A stretch of DNA of 64,000 nucleotides from Spirochaetia bacterium (GTDB lineage: Bacteria > Spirochaetota > Spirochaetia > SZUA-6 > Bin103), in assembly GCA_965199955.1 (NCBI GenBank), contig CBDATQ010000002.1:192001-256000 (forward strand), read 5' to 3'. The first letter of the stretch is position 1, and every line of letters starts with the position of its first letter. Below are positions 1-13,222 of the stretch, one piece after another. Made by a program: the position numbers and the translations under genes. The notes below the pieces were generated by a model. The model saw only the letters and a program-made list of their open reading frames with translations, was not told where the DNA came from and did no database searches.

Positions 1-499
1 CCCCCAGCTCGATCACCTCGCATCCCGTCTCACGGAGGTGGCGGGCCCGCTCGCCGATGCTCGCCTCGTCGGCCGCAACGGACGGGGTGACGCGGGACTC
101 GGGCGAGAGATTGAGCACACCCAGCAGCTGCGGTTCGGGCCGCGGACGGCGCCGCACCACCTCCACCACCGCTGCCCGGGCGGCGGGGATCGCCGCCGGC
201 TTGCGCACGCACACCCGCGCCTCCCGCACGCCCGGCCGCTGCAGGCACAGGCCGGCCAGCGCCTCGGCCAGCGACTCCAGCAGACGGTAGCGCCCGCGCA
301 ACGCCTCGGCCTCCGCCGCGGCGGCCAGCTCGGCATAATCGATCGTGTCCGCGAGCCGGCCGCTGGACGCCGCCGACGACAGGTCGACCGCCATGGACAG
401 CGTGATGCGCACCTCCTGGGGCGACCGCCGTTCCCACGGGTGGATACCGACGATGCAGCTCACCCGCAGGTCGCCGATCTCGACCCGGTCGCCGATCAC
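1..499 (-). CDS. folB: Dihydroneopterin aldolase (FolB) fused in frame to the N-terminus of a dihydropteroate synthase-like domain; runs off the window edge
   Basis: Hand translation from GTG at 499 (GTGA overlap with the folE stop): MIGDRVEIGDLRVSCIVGIHPWERRSPQEVRI..DTIDYAEL..LLESLAE..VRKP (FolB motifs), continuing without a stop into LLGVLNLSPES..GCEVIELG (DHPS first strands). Not in the ORF track. Confidence 0.85.
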   Translation of the reverse strand, partial: MIGDRVEIGDLRVSCIVGIHPWERRSPQEVRITLSMAVDLSSAASSGRLADTIDYAELAAAAEAEALRGRYRLLESLAEALAGLCLQRPGVREARVCVRKPAAIPAARAAVVEVVRRRPRPEPQLLGVLNLSPESRVTPSVAADEASIGERARHLRETGCEVIELG

Positions 500-1047
500 C
501 GGATCGATGCCAGGAACTCCGCGCGCGTGGTGCTGTCGGTGCGGAACGTGCCGAGCATGCAGGAGGTGCGCATTACCGGGTTCTGCTTGCGCACGCCGCG
601 CATCATCACGCACAGGTGGCGCGCCTCGATCACGACCCCCACGCCGCGCGCGCGCAGGACCTCCATCAAGGTGCCCGCGACCTGGGCGGTGAGGCGCTCC
701 TGTATCTGCAGCCGGTGCGCGAAGCGGTCGACGAGCTGCGGGATATTGGAGAAACCGACGATGGACTTGTCAGGGATGTAGGCGACGTGGGCATGGCCGA
801 AGAACGGCAGGAGATGGTGCTCGCACAGCGAGTACAGCTCGATGTCCTTCATGGCGATCATCTCGTCCGATTCGGATGGAAAGACCGCCTTCGCCAGCTC
901 CGCGGCGGGATCGGCGCGGTAGCCGGAGGTGAGGAATGCGAACGCTTCCGAGGCTCGCGCCGGGGTGATCCGCAGGCCGTCCCGGACTGGATCGTCACCG
1001 CTCGCGGCGACCAACTCGCCGTACGCTCGCTCCACGCGCTCCCGCAT
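496..1047 (-). CDS. folE: GTP cyclohydrolase I
   Basis: C-terminal 183 aa of ORF 496..2652: TPAR, SLCEHHLLPFFG, RLQIQERLT, EARHLCVMMRG. Confidence 0.93.
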   Translation of the reverse strand: MRERVERAYGELVAASGDDPVRDGLRITPARASEAFAFLTSGYRADPAAELAKAVFPSESDEMIAMKDIELYSLCEHHLLPFFGHAHVAYIPDKSIVGFSNIPQLVDRFAHRLQIQERLTAQVAGTLMEVLRARGVGVVIEARHLCVMMRGVRKQNPVMRTSCMLGTFRTDSTTRAEFLASIR

Positions 1048-1112
1048 GGGCGACGACTCTAGAGTCTGCCGAGCAGGGCGACAAGCTCGCGGAGGTCGCC
1101 GTCCGGTGGGGC

Positions 1113-3530
1113 CTACCGGCGTCGCTCCGGTGGCGGCGTCTCCAGCCGCTCTCGGTCCGTGCGCTGCAGCCAGATCTCGCTGACCTGGGCGCCCCGGCCC
1201 GCCCCGCCGCGGGTTTCGTGGTGAATCCTCAGCGTGACCGATCCGCCTTCCGTCGCGCCGATGGGTATCGCGAAGGTCAGCAGGCCACGGGGAGCCGGTT
1301 TGGCCAGCCAGCCGTGCACCTCGTGCACGGTACCGTCCGGATTCTCCGCCTCCATCCGCACGCGCGGCTGGCTGCTGCCGGCGCGGCCTTCGCCGCCGTA
1401 CACGACGACCACGCGGTAGGCTGCCCCGGCATCGAGTCCGTCGTAGCGCAGCTCCAGGGGACCGTGGCCGATCGACTCCGCCTGGCTGAGCCAAGCATAG
1501 GGAATGGCTTCGGCGGGGTAGGGGATGGCGAATCCGCGCAGCGCGGAGTCCAGAAACGAGGGGTCGCCGGAGAACCCCGCGCCGGGCACGAGGTGAGCCT
1601 GCTCGGCCGCGTCGCCGAGGTTGTCGTAGCGGCCGCCGGGGCCGGGATCGGTGCGCTGCAGCACGTTCTCGATCGCGGCGAGGCGCGCAGGCTCGGTGTC
1701 CAGGGCATCGATCTCGGCGCAGCGTTCGTGCAGCCACAACCGGTCGTTCAGCGGATACTCCAGGCCGTCCAGGCTGGCGCCGCGGCGCACCGCCTGCGCG
1801 CCGTAGCGCGGCACCGAGAGCTGCGCGTGCACGCTCTGAAACAGAGCCTCGGCCAGGGCGTGGACGCGGGTGCGCAACTCGCCCTGGCGCGCCGCTGCCG
1901 CCGCATCGTCCAGGATCGCCAGCGCGCGCCGGCATGCCGCCCGTGCGCCGAGATCTGCGTCGCGCCGCAACTCGCCGTGCGCGCGGCTCTGCGCCGCGGT
2001 CTCGGCCAACAGCCGTTCCCGGATGTAGACGTCGGAGTAGGCGCGGTAGAGGAGCTGCAGCAGCCGCCAGCTCTTCAGCACCCGCGGCGGCGCGGCTCGC
2101 TCCAGCGCCTGCGCGCGCAGCAGCGTGGTCGTCACGGCGCTGTTGGCCAGTAGCGGACCGCGCCAGTTGGCTTCCAGGCCGAGGATCGTGGCCGCAACCC
2201 CGTCGGCCAGGTCGGGATGCACGAACAGGCGGCCATACTGCCGCAGCACCGCATGCAGATCGGCCGCCGGATCCCACAGCAGGGCGCTCCACACCGTCTT
2301 GTTGAGGTCGTCGTTGTTGCCCTCGCAGTAGCTCAGGGCGCCGATCGAGTGCGGGGCGGTGAGGGCGAAGATGCGCGCCTGGTCGGCGGGGCGGGGATTG
2401 ATCGGCTCGCGTCCCTGGCAGGCCGCGAGCGCCGGATCCCACTCCGGCACCGGGTACTGGCACGACAGGCAGTGGGTGATGTCCGGGTAGAGGCGGACCG
2501 GGTAGCGGGCCGGCACGCGGGCGCGGAACGCCTCCGCGGTCATGTGGATCCAGGGACCGAAGATCACCCCGTCCAGCCAGTCGATCCCGTCTTCCAGCGC
2601 CGCGTAGAAGTGCTCCTCGTCTGTACCGTGGAACCCCTGCGGGGCGATCCACACCTGCGCCCGCGGGTGCAGCTCACGGAGCGACGCCTTCTGGCGCTCC
2701 GCCAGCGCCAGCAGCAGGCGTGCCGGCGTCGACCCCGGATCGCCGCCGGGAATGAACACGGCGTCGACCCTCGGCAGGGCCGCGAACACCTCGCGCCAAT
2801 CGGCGAGGGCGCGCCGTACCGTCGCCTCGTCGCCGTAATCGGACTCCAGGGCGGGAAACCAGATCCACAGGTCCACGTCGTAGCGGTCGGCGATCGCGGA
2901 AACCTCCCGCATCGTGTCGATCTGCGGCAGCGGGAAGTGGTCGGAGTCGGCCTCGTCGTCGGAGACCGGCGGGATCATCTCCACGGCGTTGGCGCCGAAG
3001 ATCGCCAGCTCGCGGATGTACCGCTCCCACTCGGCGACGGTCCAGCCGCAGTAGGAGTTGGTCTTCGGCCGGTAGCCGATCTGGTGGCCCCGCAACGGGT
3101 AGTGCGGCGCCGACCGGATCGGACCGGCGTCCAGCAGGACGTCGGGCAGCAGCACCGAGGAGCGGCGCACCTCCAGATGGCGCAACAGCCAGCCCACGCC
3201 GTACAGCACGCCGCGCGCGTCGTTGCCGGTGACGGTCAACGAGTCGCCATCGCGGTGGATGCAGAAGCCTTCCGGGCGCGCCGCGAATTCCGGGCTCCGA
3301 AACGACCGCGCCTCCTCGGCCGACCAGCGCCTGCACGCCCGCTTGGCGGTCGCGGCGTCGCACAGGACGATCGTCGGGCCATTCCCGCCGGCCGCCGGCC
3401 ACACCTGCTGGGCGCGGCGGCCCACCTCCTCGGCCAGCACCGTTCGTGCCTGCCGGCACCGCGGCCCGCTGTCGCCGTCCAGTTCGATCCGTGCGCGCGT
3501 AAGGTCCACCTCTTCGCTCCCGGGGCACAC
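1113..3530 (-). CDS. Large hypothetical glycoside-hydrolase-like protein (GH20/GH67-type N-terminal domain plus probable TIM barrel)
   Basis: PEGFCIH..VTGNDARGVLYGVGWLLR..SAPHYPLRGH is typical of the GH20/GH67 N-terminal domain junction; start codon uncertain. Confidence 0.6.
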   Translation of the reverse strand: MCPGSEEVDLTRARIELDGDSGPRCRQARTVLAEEVGRRAQQVWPAAGGNGPTIVLCDAATAKRACRRWSAEEARSFRSPEFAARPEGFCIHRDGDSLTVTGNDARGVLYGVGWLLRHLEVRRSSVLLPDVLLDAGPIRSAPHYPLRGHQIGYRPKTNSYCGWTVAEWERYIRELAIFGANAVEMIPPVSDDEADSDHFPLPQIDTMREVSAIADRYDVDLWIWFPALESDYGDEATVRRALADWREVFAALPRVDAVFIPGGDPGSTPARLLLALAERQKASLRELHPRAQVWIAPQGFHGTDEEHFYAALEDGIDWLDGVIFGPWIHMTAEAFRARVPARYPVRLYPDITHCLSCQYPVPEWDPALAACQGREPINPRPADQARIFALTAPHSIGALSYCEGNNDDLNKTVWSALLWDPAADLHAVLRQYGRLFVHPDLADGVAATILGLEANWRGPLLANSAVTTTLLRAQALERAAPPRVLKSWRLLQLLYRAYSDVYIRERLLAETAAQSRAHGELRRDADLGARAACRRALAILDDAAAAARQGELRTRVHALAEALFQSVHAQLSVPRYGAQAVRRGASLDGLEYPLNDRLWLHERCAEIDALDTEPARLAAIENVLQRTDPGPGGRYDNLGDAAEQAHLVPGAGFSGDPSFLDSALRGFAIPYPAEAIPYAWLSQAESIGHGPLELRYDGLDAGAAYRVVVVYGGEGRAGSSQPRVRMEAENPDGTVHEVHGWLAKPAPRGLLTFAIPIGATEGGSVTLRIHHETRGGAGRGAQVSEIWLQRTDRERLETPPPERRR

Positions 3531-3599
3531 CTAAACACGAGAAGCGCAGCTTCATCGAGTACGGCGGACAGCCGCGCGCGCGCGTGGTATGAGTGGAGC

Positions 3600-4553
3600 A
3601 TGCTCAAACGTCCGAAGATCGCCGTGATCGGTGCCGGCAACGTCGGCGCCACCTGTGCCCACTGGCTGGTCGCCCAGGAGCTGGGCGACGTCGTGCTCAT
3701 CGACATCCCCAAGGTCGCGGACCAGACCCGCGGCAGGGCGCTCGACCTGTACGAAGCCACGCCCATCGAGCGGCTGGACTGCCGCGTGACCGGCACCGAC
3801 GACTACGCGGAGATTGCCGGCTCCGACATCGTCGTGCTGACCGCGGGCTTGCCGCGCCGCCCCGGCATGAGCCGCGACGACCTGATCAAGGTCAACGCCG
3901 GCATCGTCGCCAGCGTCGCGAAAGAGGTCCGCGAGCGCGTGCCCGACTGCATCCTGATCGTCATGACCAACCCGCTCGACGCCATGGTCTACGCCGCCTG
4001 GAAGGCGAGCGGCTTTCCGCCCGAGCGCATCGTCGGGCAAGCCGGCTGCCTGGACGTGGCGCGCTTCAAGGCCTTCATCGCCGAGGAGACCGGCTACAGC
4101 GTGGAGGACATCAACGCTCTGCTGCTCGGCGGCCACGGCGACGACATGGTGCCGCTGCCGCGCTTCACCAATGTCGGCGGCATCCCGGTCACCGAGCTGA
4201 TGAGCCCCGAGCGGCTGGACGAGCTGGTGGAGCGCACCAAGACCGGCGGCGGCGAGATCGTCGAGCTGATGGGCACCAGCTCCTACTACGCGGCGGCGGC
4301 GGCCATCCTGCAGATGGTCGAGGCGATCGTCCGCGACAAGAAGCGCATCCTGCCGTGCGCTGCGCTTTGCCGGGGCGAGTACGGCGCCGACGGCATCTTC
4401 GTCGGCGTGCCGTGCGTGCTCGGCGCCGGCGGCGTCGAGCGGATCATCGAGGTGAACCTCGACGACGGCGAGCGCGCGGCGTTCGCCGCCTCGGCCGGCC
4501 ACGTGCGCGAACTGGTGGACGTGGTGCGCACGCTGTTCCCGGAGCTCGCCTGA
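3600..4553 (+). CDS. mdh: Malate dehydrogenase (LDH-like type)
   Basis: [39 protein letters not shown]. Confidence 0.95.
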   Translation: MLKRPKIAVIGAGNVGATCAHWLVAQELGDVVLIDIPKVADQTRGRALDLYEATPIERLDCRVTGTDDYAEIAGSDIVVLTAGLPRRPGMSRDDLIKVNAGIVASVAKEVRERVPDCILIVMTNPLDAMVYAAWKASGFPPERIVGQAGCLDVARFKAFIAEETGYSVEDINALLLGGHGDDMVPLPRFTNVGGIPVTELMSPERLDELVERTKTGGGEIVELMGTSSYYAAAAAILQMVEAIVRDKKRILPCAALCRGEYGADGIFVGVPCVLGAGGVERIIEVNLDDGERAAFAASAGHVRELVDVVRTLFPELA

Positions 4554-4554
4554 G

Positions 4555-5967
<1,413 letters not shown>

Positions 5968-5994
5968 GCTTCGGCCCCGCGTATCGACCGCCAG

Positions 5995-6160
5995 TATCGC
6001 AAGATGGTGAACATCGAAACCATAAGCCTGCTCCGTTGCCGAAGAGCTTGCCGAAAAGAACCGCCATCTCCGCGGTGACCTCTCGTTGAGGATGTCGTAG
6101 AGGGTTTGTCGGGAAATCTCGAGCGCATCGGCAACGGCCGTCTCGTCGCCGACCGGGATC
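5995..6160 (-). pseudogene. higA: Frameshifted remnant of a HigA-family (XRE HTH) antitoxin
   Basis: ADALEISRQTLYDILNE in one frame, then VTAEMAVLFGKLFGNGAGLW in another (shift near 6080); no toxin adjacent. Confidence 0.75.
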
Positions 6161-6231
6161 ACCGCGCACGAGCCGGTGCCGTCCTCGTCGGGGGCGCCGC
6201 TCCGTTCCGCCAGCGCTGTGTCATCGCGGGC

Positions 6232-6983
6232 TCACTCTCCGGCGGGATCGCCGAGCTCGGCGGCCAGGAACTCGCGGTTGAGGCGCGCGATGGTCTCGAA
6301 GGAGATGCCCTTCGGGCACTCCGCCTCGCACTCCGCCTCGTTCGTGCAGTTGCCGAATCCCTCCGCGTCCATGGCGCGCACCATGCCGCGCACGCGGCGG
6401 CGGCGTTCCGGCTGGCCCTGCGGGAGCCGGCCCAGGTGGGTAAGCTTGGCACTGGTGAACAGCATCGCCGAGGCGTTCTTGCAGGCCGCCACGCACGCCC
6501 CGCAGCCGATGCAGGCCGCGGCGTCCAGGGACGCCTCCGCGTCAACCTTGGCGACCGGCACGGCGTTCGCCTCGGGAGCGCTTCCGGTGTTGACCGAGAT
6601 GTAGCCGCCGGCCTGAATGATGCGGTCGAAGGCGCCGCGGTCCACGACCAGGTCCTTGATCACCGGGAAGGCGCGCGCCCGCCACGGCTCGACCACCAGC
6701 GTCTCGCCGTCCGAGAAGTGGCGCATGTGCAGTTGGCAGACGGTGGTGCCCGCGAGCGGGCCGTGCGCGCGGCCGTCGATCATGAAGCCGCAGGAGCCGC
6801 AGATGCCCTCCCGGCAGTCGTGCTCGAAAGCGATCGGCTCCTCGCCGCGCCGCTCCAGGGAGTCGTTGAGCGCGTCCAGCATCTCCAGGAACGACATGTC
6901 GGGGGAGACGTCCGGCACCTCGTAGTCGACCAGCCGGCCCTTGATTTCGTCGCGTCCCTGACGCCAGACCCGCAACGTAATCC

Positions 6984-6987
<4 letters not shown>
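6232..6987 (-). CDS. sdhB: Succinate dehydrogenase/fumarate reductase iron-sulfur subunit
   Basis: [35 protein letters not shown] start overlaps the sdhA stop. Confidence 0.95.
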
Positions 6988-8965
<1,978 letters not shown>

Positions 8966-8969
<4 letters not shown>

Positions 8970-9631
8970 CCGTTGCCTCCGCCGGCGACGAAGTAGATCG
9001 GCAGCGATGCGAAGCCGGCCGGCACCGCGATCGCGAAGACGATGCCCACGGCGCGGATCAGGCGCGCGTAGCGCACCTGGTGCAGCCCCAGCGACTTGAA
9101 GCCGGACTGGAAGCCGTGCAGCAGGTGCGCGGCGAGCAGGGCCATCGCCACGACGTACAGCACGGCGTACCCCGGCATGCGGAAGGTGGTGACCACCAGC
9201 TCATACAGCGACACGTCGTCTGCCCGCGGCCCGAGACGGGACTCGTAGAAGAAGTTGCGGAGATGGATCACCAGGTAGACGAAGATCGCGCTGCCGGTGA
9301 TCACCATCGTGCGCGATGCCAGCGTGCTCCTCCCCGCCGAGCGGTTCCTGGCGTAGCGGACCGGACGCGCCCGGCGGTTCTGCGCGGTGAGCCAGATGCC
9401 GCTGGCCGCGTGCAGAACGATCGACAGGAACAGGAACACCTCGATGATGCGGATGATGACGTTCGTGGCGAACGCGTGCGCGTGCTCCTCGAAGTACGCG
9501 GCGCCGGCGTAGAGCAGCAGGTTGCCGTACAGGTGCACCACCAGGAACGAGCACAGGAACAACCCGGTGGCGCCCATCAACGCCTTCTTGCCAACCGAGG
9601 AGGTCAGCACCTCGAAGCACCAGCGAATCAT
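8966..9631 (-). CDS. sdhC: Succinate dehydrogenase cytochrome b558 subunit (single five-helix anchor type)
   Basis: [26 protein letters not shown]; His-bearing TM helices; ATGA overlap with the pepF stop. Confidence 0.9.
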
Positions 9632-11445
9632 GCGCGTCGACTGTACGGGATGACTGGCAATCCGGCCAACTCCTCGGCCTCCGCCACCATCTGCTCGACC
9701 ATCGCCAGACCGCGGTCCCAGAAGCCGGGGTCGGTCAGGTCGACGCCGAGCGGCTGCATGATCCGGTGCGGCCAGTCGGAGCCGCCGGCCGCCAGCATCT
9801 CTACGTAGGAGTCCGCGAAGGACTCGCCTTCCTCCTGGTAGCGGGCGTAGAGCGCCAGCACCAGCAGCTCGCCAAAGGAGTAGGCGTATACGTAGCCCGG
9901 CGTGTGCACGAAGTGGGGGATGTAGCTCCACCAGGCGCCGTAGTCCTCGCTCAGGGTGACGCTGTCGCCGAACATCGCCCGCTGCGTGGACAGCCACAGC
10001 TCCGCGAAGCGCTCCTGCGTCAGCTCGCCGTCGCTGCGCCGCGCCTTGTGGATGGCTTCTTCGAAGCGGTTCATGGCGGTCTGGCGGAAGACGGTCGCGA
10101 AGGTGTCCTCGATGCGGCGCACCAGCATGGCCAGCCGCTCGCGCCGGTCATCCTCGCGGTCGATCAGGTCGCGGAAGACCAGCATCTCCCCGAACACGGA
10201 GGCGGTCTCCGCCGTGGTCAGCGGGGTGTGGAACTGCAGGTAGCCGCGCGGGGCGGCCAGCAGCCCGTGTACGCCGTGGCCGAGCTCGTGCGCGAGGGTC
10301 ATCACGTCGCGCGGCTGTCCCTGGTAGTTGAGCAGCAGGTAGGGGTGGACGGAGGGCACGCAGGAGTGGCAGAAGGCGCCGCCGCGCTTGCGCGGCCGGA
10401 TCGGCGCGTCGATCCAGGTATTGTCGAAGAAGCGCGCAGCCTGCTCACCGAGGCGGCCGCTGAAGCGCCGGTAGGCCGACAGCACCGTCTCCACGGCATC
10501 GTCCCAGTGGTAGCGCCGGGACTCGGCGGCGAGCGGCGCGTAGCGGTCGTAGTCGAACAGCTCGCCGACTTCGAGCAGCCGGCGCTTCAGCCGATAGTAG
10601 CGTTCGACGATGTCGTAGCGGCCGACCACCGCGGCGACCAGCGCGTCGACGATGGCGTCGTCGACCTGGTTGTCCAGGTTGCGGTCGCTGATCCAGGACG
10701 GAAAGCTGCGCAGCCGGTCCTCCGACGCCTTGTCGGCCAGCAGGGTGTTGAACACGAAGGTCGAGGTGGGAAGCAGCGCCCGCAGCCCGTCGGTGATCGA
10801 GGCCGCGGACCGCTGCCGGAGCGGCCGGTCGGCCTGGTGGAGCTTGTTCAGCAGCTCCTCGCGCTGGATGTCGGCGCCGTCGAGCTGGAACCTCGTCGCG
10901 CCGTGCACCTCGTCGAAGTAGCGGATCCAGGCGCGCCGGCCGGTGACCGACTTCTCGCTGAGGATGCGCTCCTCCGGCTCGGTCAGGAGGTGCGGCCTGG
11001 TACGACGGGTGACGCGCAGGAAGTGGCGGTAGTGGCCGAGCCGTTCGTCGGAGAGCAGCGCATCAGCCTGCTCGTCGGCCAGGCCCGCCCACTCCAGCTC
11101 GAAGAACAGCAGGGCCTGGTGCAGGCGCGCCGAGCGCTCGGTGAGCTTCTGCAGCAGCGCGCCGCGTTGCGCGTCACCGGTGTCGGTCGACCACGCCAGG
11201 TGGGCGTACGTGCCCGCCCTGCCGGCCCGCTCCAGGCATGCCTCGTAGCGCTCCACCAAGCCGGCCAGCCCGGCGGCATCGAGGCGCTCCAGGCGGCCGC
11301 GGTAGTCGGCGGCCAGCTCCGCGGCCTCCCGGTCCGCGGCGTCCAGGTCGTGGTCGAGCGCCGGGTCGTCGGTGGCGGCGTACAGGTCGGCCAGGTCCCA
11401 GCCGACGGCTGCGGCTGATTCGGCAGGGGAAGAAGCCATGCTCAT
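9628..11445 (-). CDS. pepF: M3 family oligoendopeptidase F
   Basis: WDLADLY, KRGGAFC, TLAHELGHGVH (HExxH), AETASVFGE, IPHF..YVYAYSFG. Confidence 0.92.
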   Translation of the reverse strand: MSMASSPAESAAAVGWDLADLYAATDDPALDHDLDAADREAAELAADYRGRLERLDAAGLAGLVERYEACLERAGRAGTYAHLAWSTDTGDAQRGALLQKLTERSARLHQALLFFELEWAGLADEQADALLSDERLGHYRHFLRVTRRTRPHLLTEPEERILSEKSVTGRRAWIRYFDEVHGATRFQLDGADIQREELLNKLHQADRPLRQRSAASITDGLRALLPTSTFVFNTLLADKASEDRLRSFPSWISDRNLDNQVDDAIVDALVAAVVGRYDIVERYYRLKRRLLEVGELFDYDRYAPLAAESRRYHWDDAVETVLSAYRRFSGRLGEQAARFFDNTWIDAPIRPRKRGGAFCHSCVPSVHPYLLLNYQGQPRDVMTLAHELGHGVHGLLAAPRGYLQFHTPLTTAETASVFGEMLVFRDLIDREDDRRERLAMLVRRIEDTFATVFRQTAMNRFEEAIHKARRSDGELTQERFAELWLSTQRAMFGDSVTLSEDYGAWWSYIPHFVHTPGYVYAYSFGELLVLALYARYQEEGESFADSYVEMLAAGGSDWPHRIMQPLGVDLTDPGFWDRGLAMVEQMVAEAEELAGLPVIPYSRRA

Positions 11446-11513
11446 CTCTCGTGACGGGTGTGGAATCCGGGTTGCGCGCTGCCCCCGGCAGCGTCGCGGC
11501 AGTATCATAGGGT

Positions 11514-12839
11514 ATGGCATCACCGGGCATGGCTTCCAAGGCAGACGTCACCGACGCCCTGCGCGCGATCGTCGACCCCGACCTGCACCAGGACATCGTC
11601 AGCCTGGGGTTCGTGCAGGAGGTGGAAATCGAGGACGGGCACGTGCTCGCCGAGATCCGCATTACCACCCCTGCCTGCCCGGTGCGCGACGAGTTCAAGA
11701 CGCAGGCGGAGCGGCTGATCGGCGACCTGCCCGGGGTCAAGTCCGTGACGGTGCGGATCACCGCGCCCGAGCAGCGGCGCACCTCTCCGGTCAAGGAGTC
11801 CGGTCTGGAGGAGGTCTCCTCGATCATCGCCGTGGCCTCGTGCAAGGGCGGCGTCGGCAAGTCGACGGTGGCCGCCGGCATCGCCTGCGAGCTGGCGCGC
11901 CGCGGCCACCGCGTCGGCCTGCTGGACGCCGACATCTTCGGCCCGTCGGTGCCCACCCTGTTCAACCGGCACGACCAGCCGCTCACCGCCGGGCGCGGCA
12001 ACCTGCTGGCGCCGGTCGCGGTCGGCCCCCTGCAGGTGATGTCGTTCGGCTTCTGGCTCGGCGACGCGCCGGCGGTGATGCGGGGGCCGATGGTCACCAA
12101 CTACGTGCAGCAGTTCCTGCACGGCGTCGCCTGGGAAGGCCTGGACTACCTGCTGATCGACCTGCCGCCCGGCACGGGAGACATCCAGCTCACCATCACG
12201 CAGGCCATCCAGCTCGACGGGGCGCTGATCGTCACCACCCCGCAGGCACTGGCGCTCGCCGACGTCGGCAAGGGCATCGTCATGTTCGACAAGGTCGAGG
12301 TGCCGGTCCTGGGCGTGATCGAGAACATGGCCTGGTTCGCCGACGGCGAAGGCCGGCGGCACCAGGTGTTCGGCGAAGGTGGGGGCGAGGCGCTGGCCGA
12401 GCGCTTCGGCGTGCCGCTGCTCTGCCAGCTTCCGCTCGATCCGTCCGCGTACGGCGGCACGTTCGATGCCTATGCCGGCGACGAGGGGTTCGCGCACGCG
12501 GCCGATACCGTCGTACGTGCGCTGGGACGCAGCAAGGCGGGCTCGCAGGCGAAACCGGAAGTCGGTTTCGACGAGAGCTCGATTACGGTGAGCTGGGAGG
12601 ACGGCTCGGTCGACCGCGTCGCCAACCGCGAGCTGCGCGCCAACTGCCGCTGCGCGCGCTGCGTGGACGAGTTCTCCGGTGAGCAGCTCCTGGACGTCGG
12701 GCGCATCCCGGCCGACATTCGCGCGGACGAGGTGCGGGTGGTCGGCAACTACGCGCTGGCGGTGACCTGGAGCGACGGCCACTCCACCGGGCTCTACCCG
12801 TACCGGACCATCAGGTCGCTGGCGGCGGAAGCGGCCTGA
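11514..12839 (+). CDS. Mrp/ApbC P-loop Fe-S cluster carrier with N-terminal DUF59 and C-terminal DUF971-like domain (HCF101 architecture)
   Basis: DPDLHQDIVSLG..TTPACP; ASCKGGVGKS, DADIFGPSVP, DLPPGTGD, ENM; C-terminal LRANCRCARC..GNYALAVTWSDGHSTGLY; alternative start 11529. Confidence 0.9.
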   Translation: MASPGMASKADVTDALRAIVDPDLHQDIVSLGFVQEVEIEDGHVLAEIRITTPACPVRDEFKTQAERLIGDLPGVKSVTVRITAPEQRRTSPVKESGLEEVSSIIAVASCKGGVGKSTVAAGIACELARRGHRVGLLDADIFGPSVPTLFNRHDQPLTAGRGNLLAPVAVGPLQVMSFGFWLGDAPAVMRGPMVTNYVQQFLHGVAWEGLDYLLIDLPPGTGDIQLTITQAIQLDGALIVTTPQALALADVGKGIVMFDKVEVPVLGVIENMAWFADGEGRRHQVFGEGGGEALAERFGVPLLCQLPLDPSAYGGTFDAYAGDEGFAHAADTVVRALGRSKAGSQAKPEVGFDESSITVSWEDGSVDRVANRELRANCRCARCVDEFSGEQLLDVGRIPADIRADEVRVVGNYALAVTWSDGHSTGLYPYRTIRSLAAEAA

Positions 12840-12856
12840 CCCGGTCGGCGGGCGGC

Positions 12857-13114
12857 GTGAATCCCCTGCAGGAGGCGCTCGCCGGCGCGGCCAGCGTCGG
12901 CGTCTGCCACGGCTCGAGCTGCTCGATGGCGTTCTGCGAGGACGTGCTGGAGGCCGGCGAAGACCATGCCGCCCGCTCGGTTCCGGTCAGGCGCTGCGGC
13001 TGCCTCGGTCACTGCGACGAGGGGCCGAATGTCGTCTACGACGGCGTGGTCTACACCGACATGGACCCGCGGAAGATGCGCGCCCTGCTCGCTCGGCTCG
13101 GCCTGAGCGGGTAG
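12857..13114 (+). CDS. Thioredoxin-like [2Fe-2S] ferredoxin
   Basis: VCHGSSC..CLGHCDEGPNV. Confidence 0.8.
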   Translation: MNPLQEALAGAASVGVCHGSSCSMAFCEDVLEAGEDHAARSVPVRRCGCLGHCDEGPNVVYDGVVYTDMDPRKMRALLARLGLSG

Positions 13115-13222
13115 AGAGGACGGTGCGAACCTGCTCGCTTCCATCCGCTGATAGCGCCCGAGCTATGACATCGAGAAGCTCCTGGGACGGTGGGTGCCGC
13201 GGCCGTCTGCCGGATCTTCTCG

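Noticed and set aside
496..2652. 718-aa ORF as a giant FolE fusion
   Set aside because: The N-terminal ~535 aa is an Arg/Pro-rich alternative frame of the 1113-3530 gene; FolE starts at 1047
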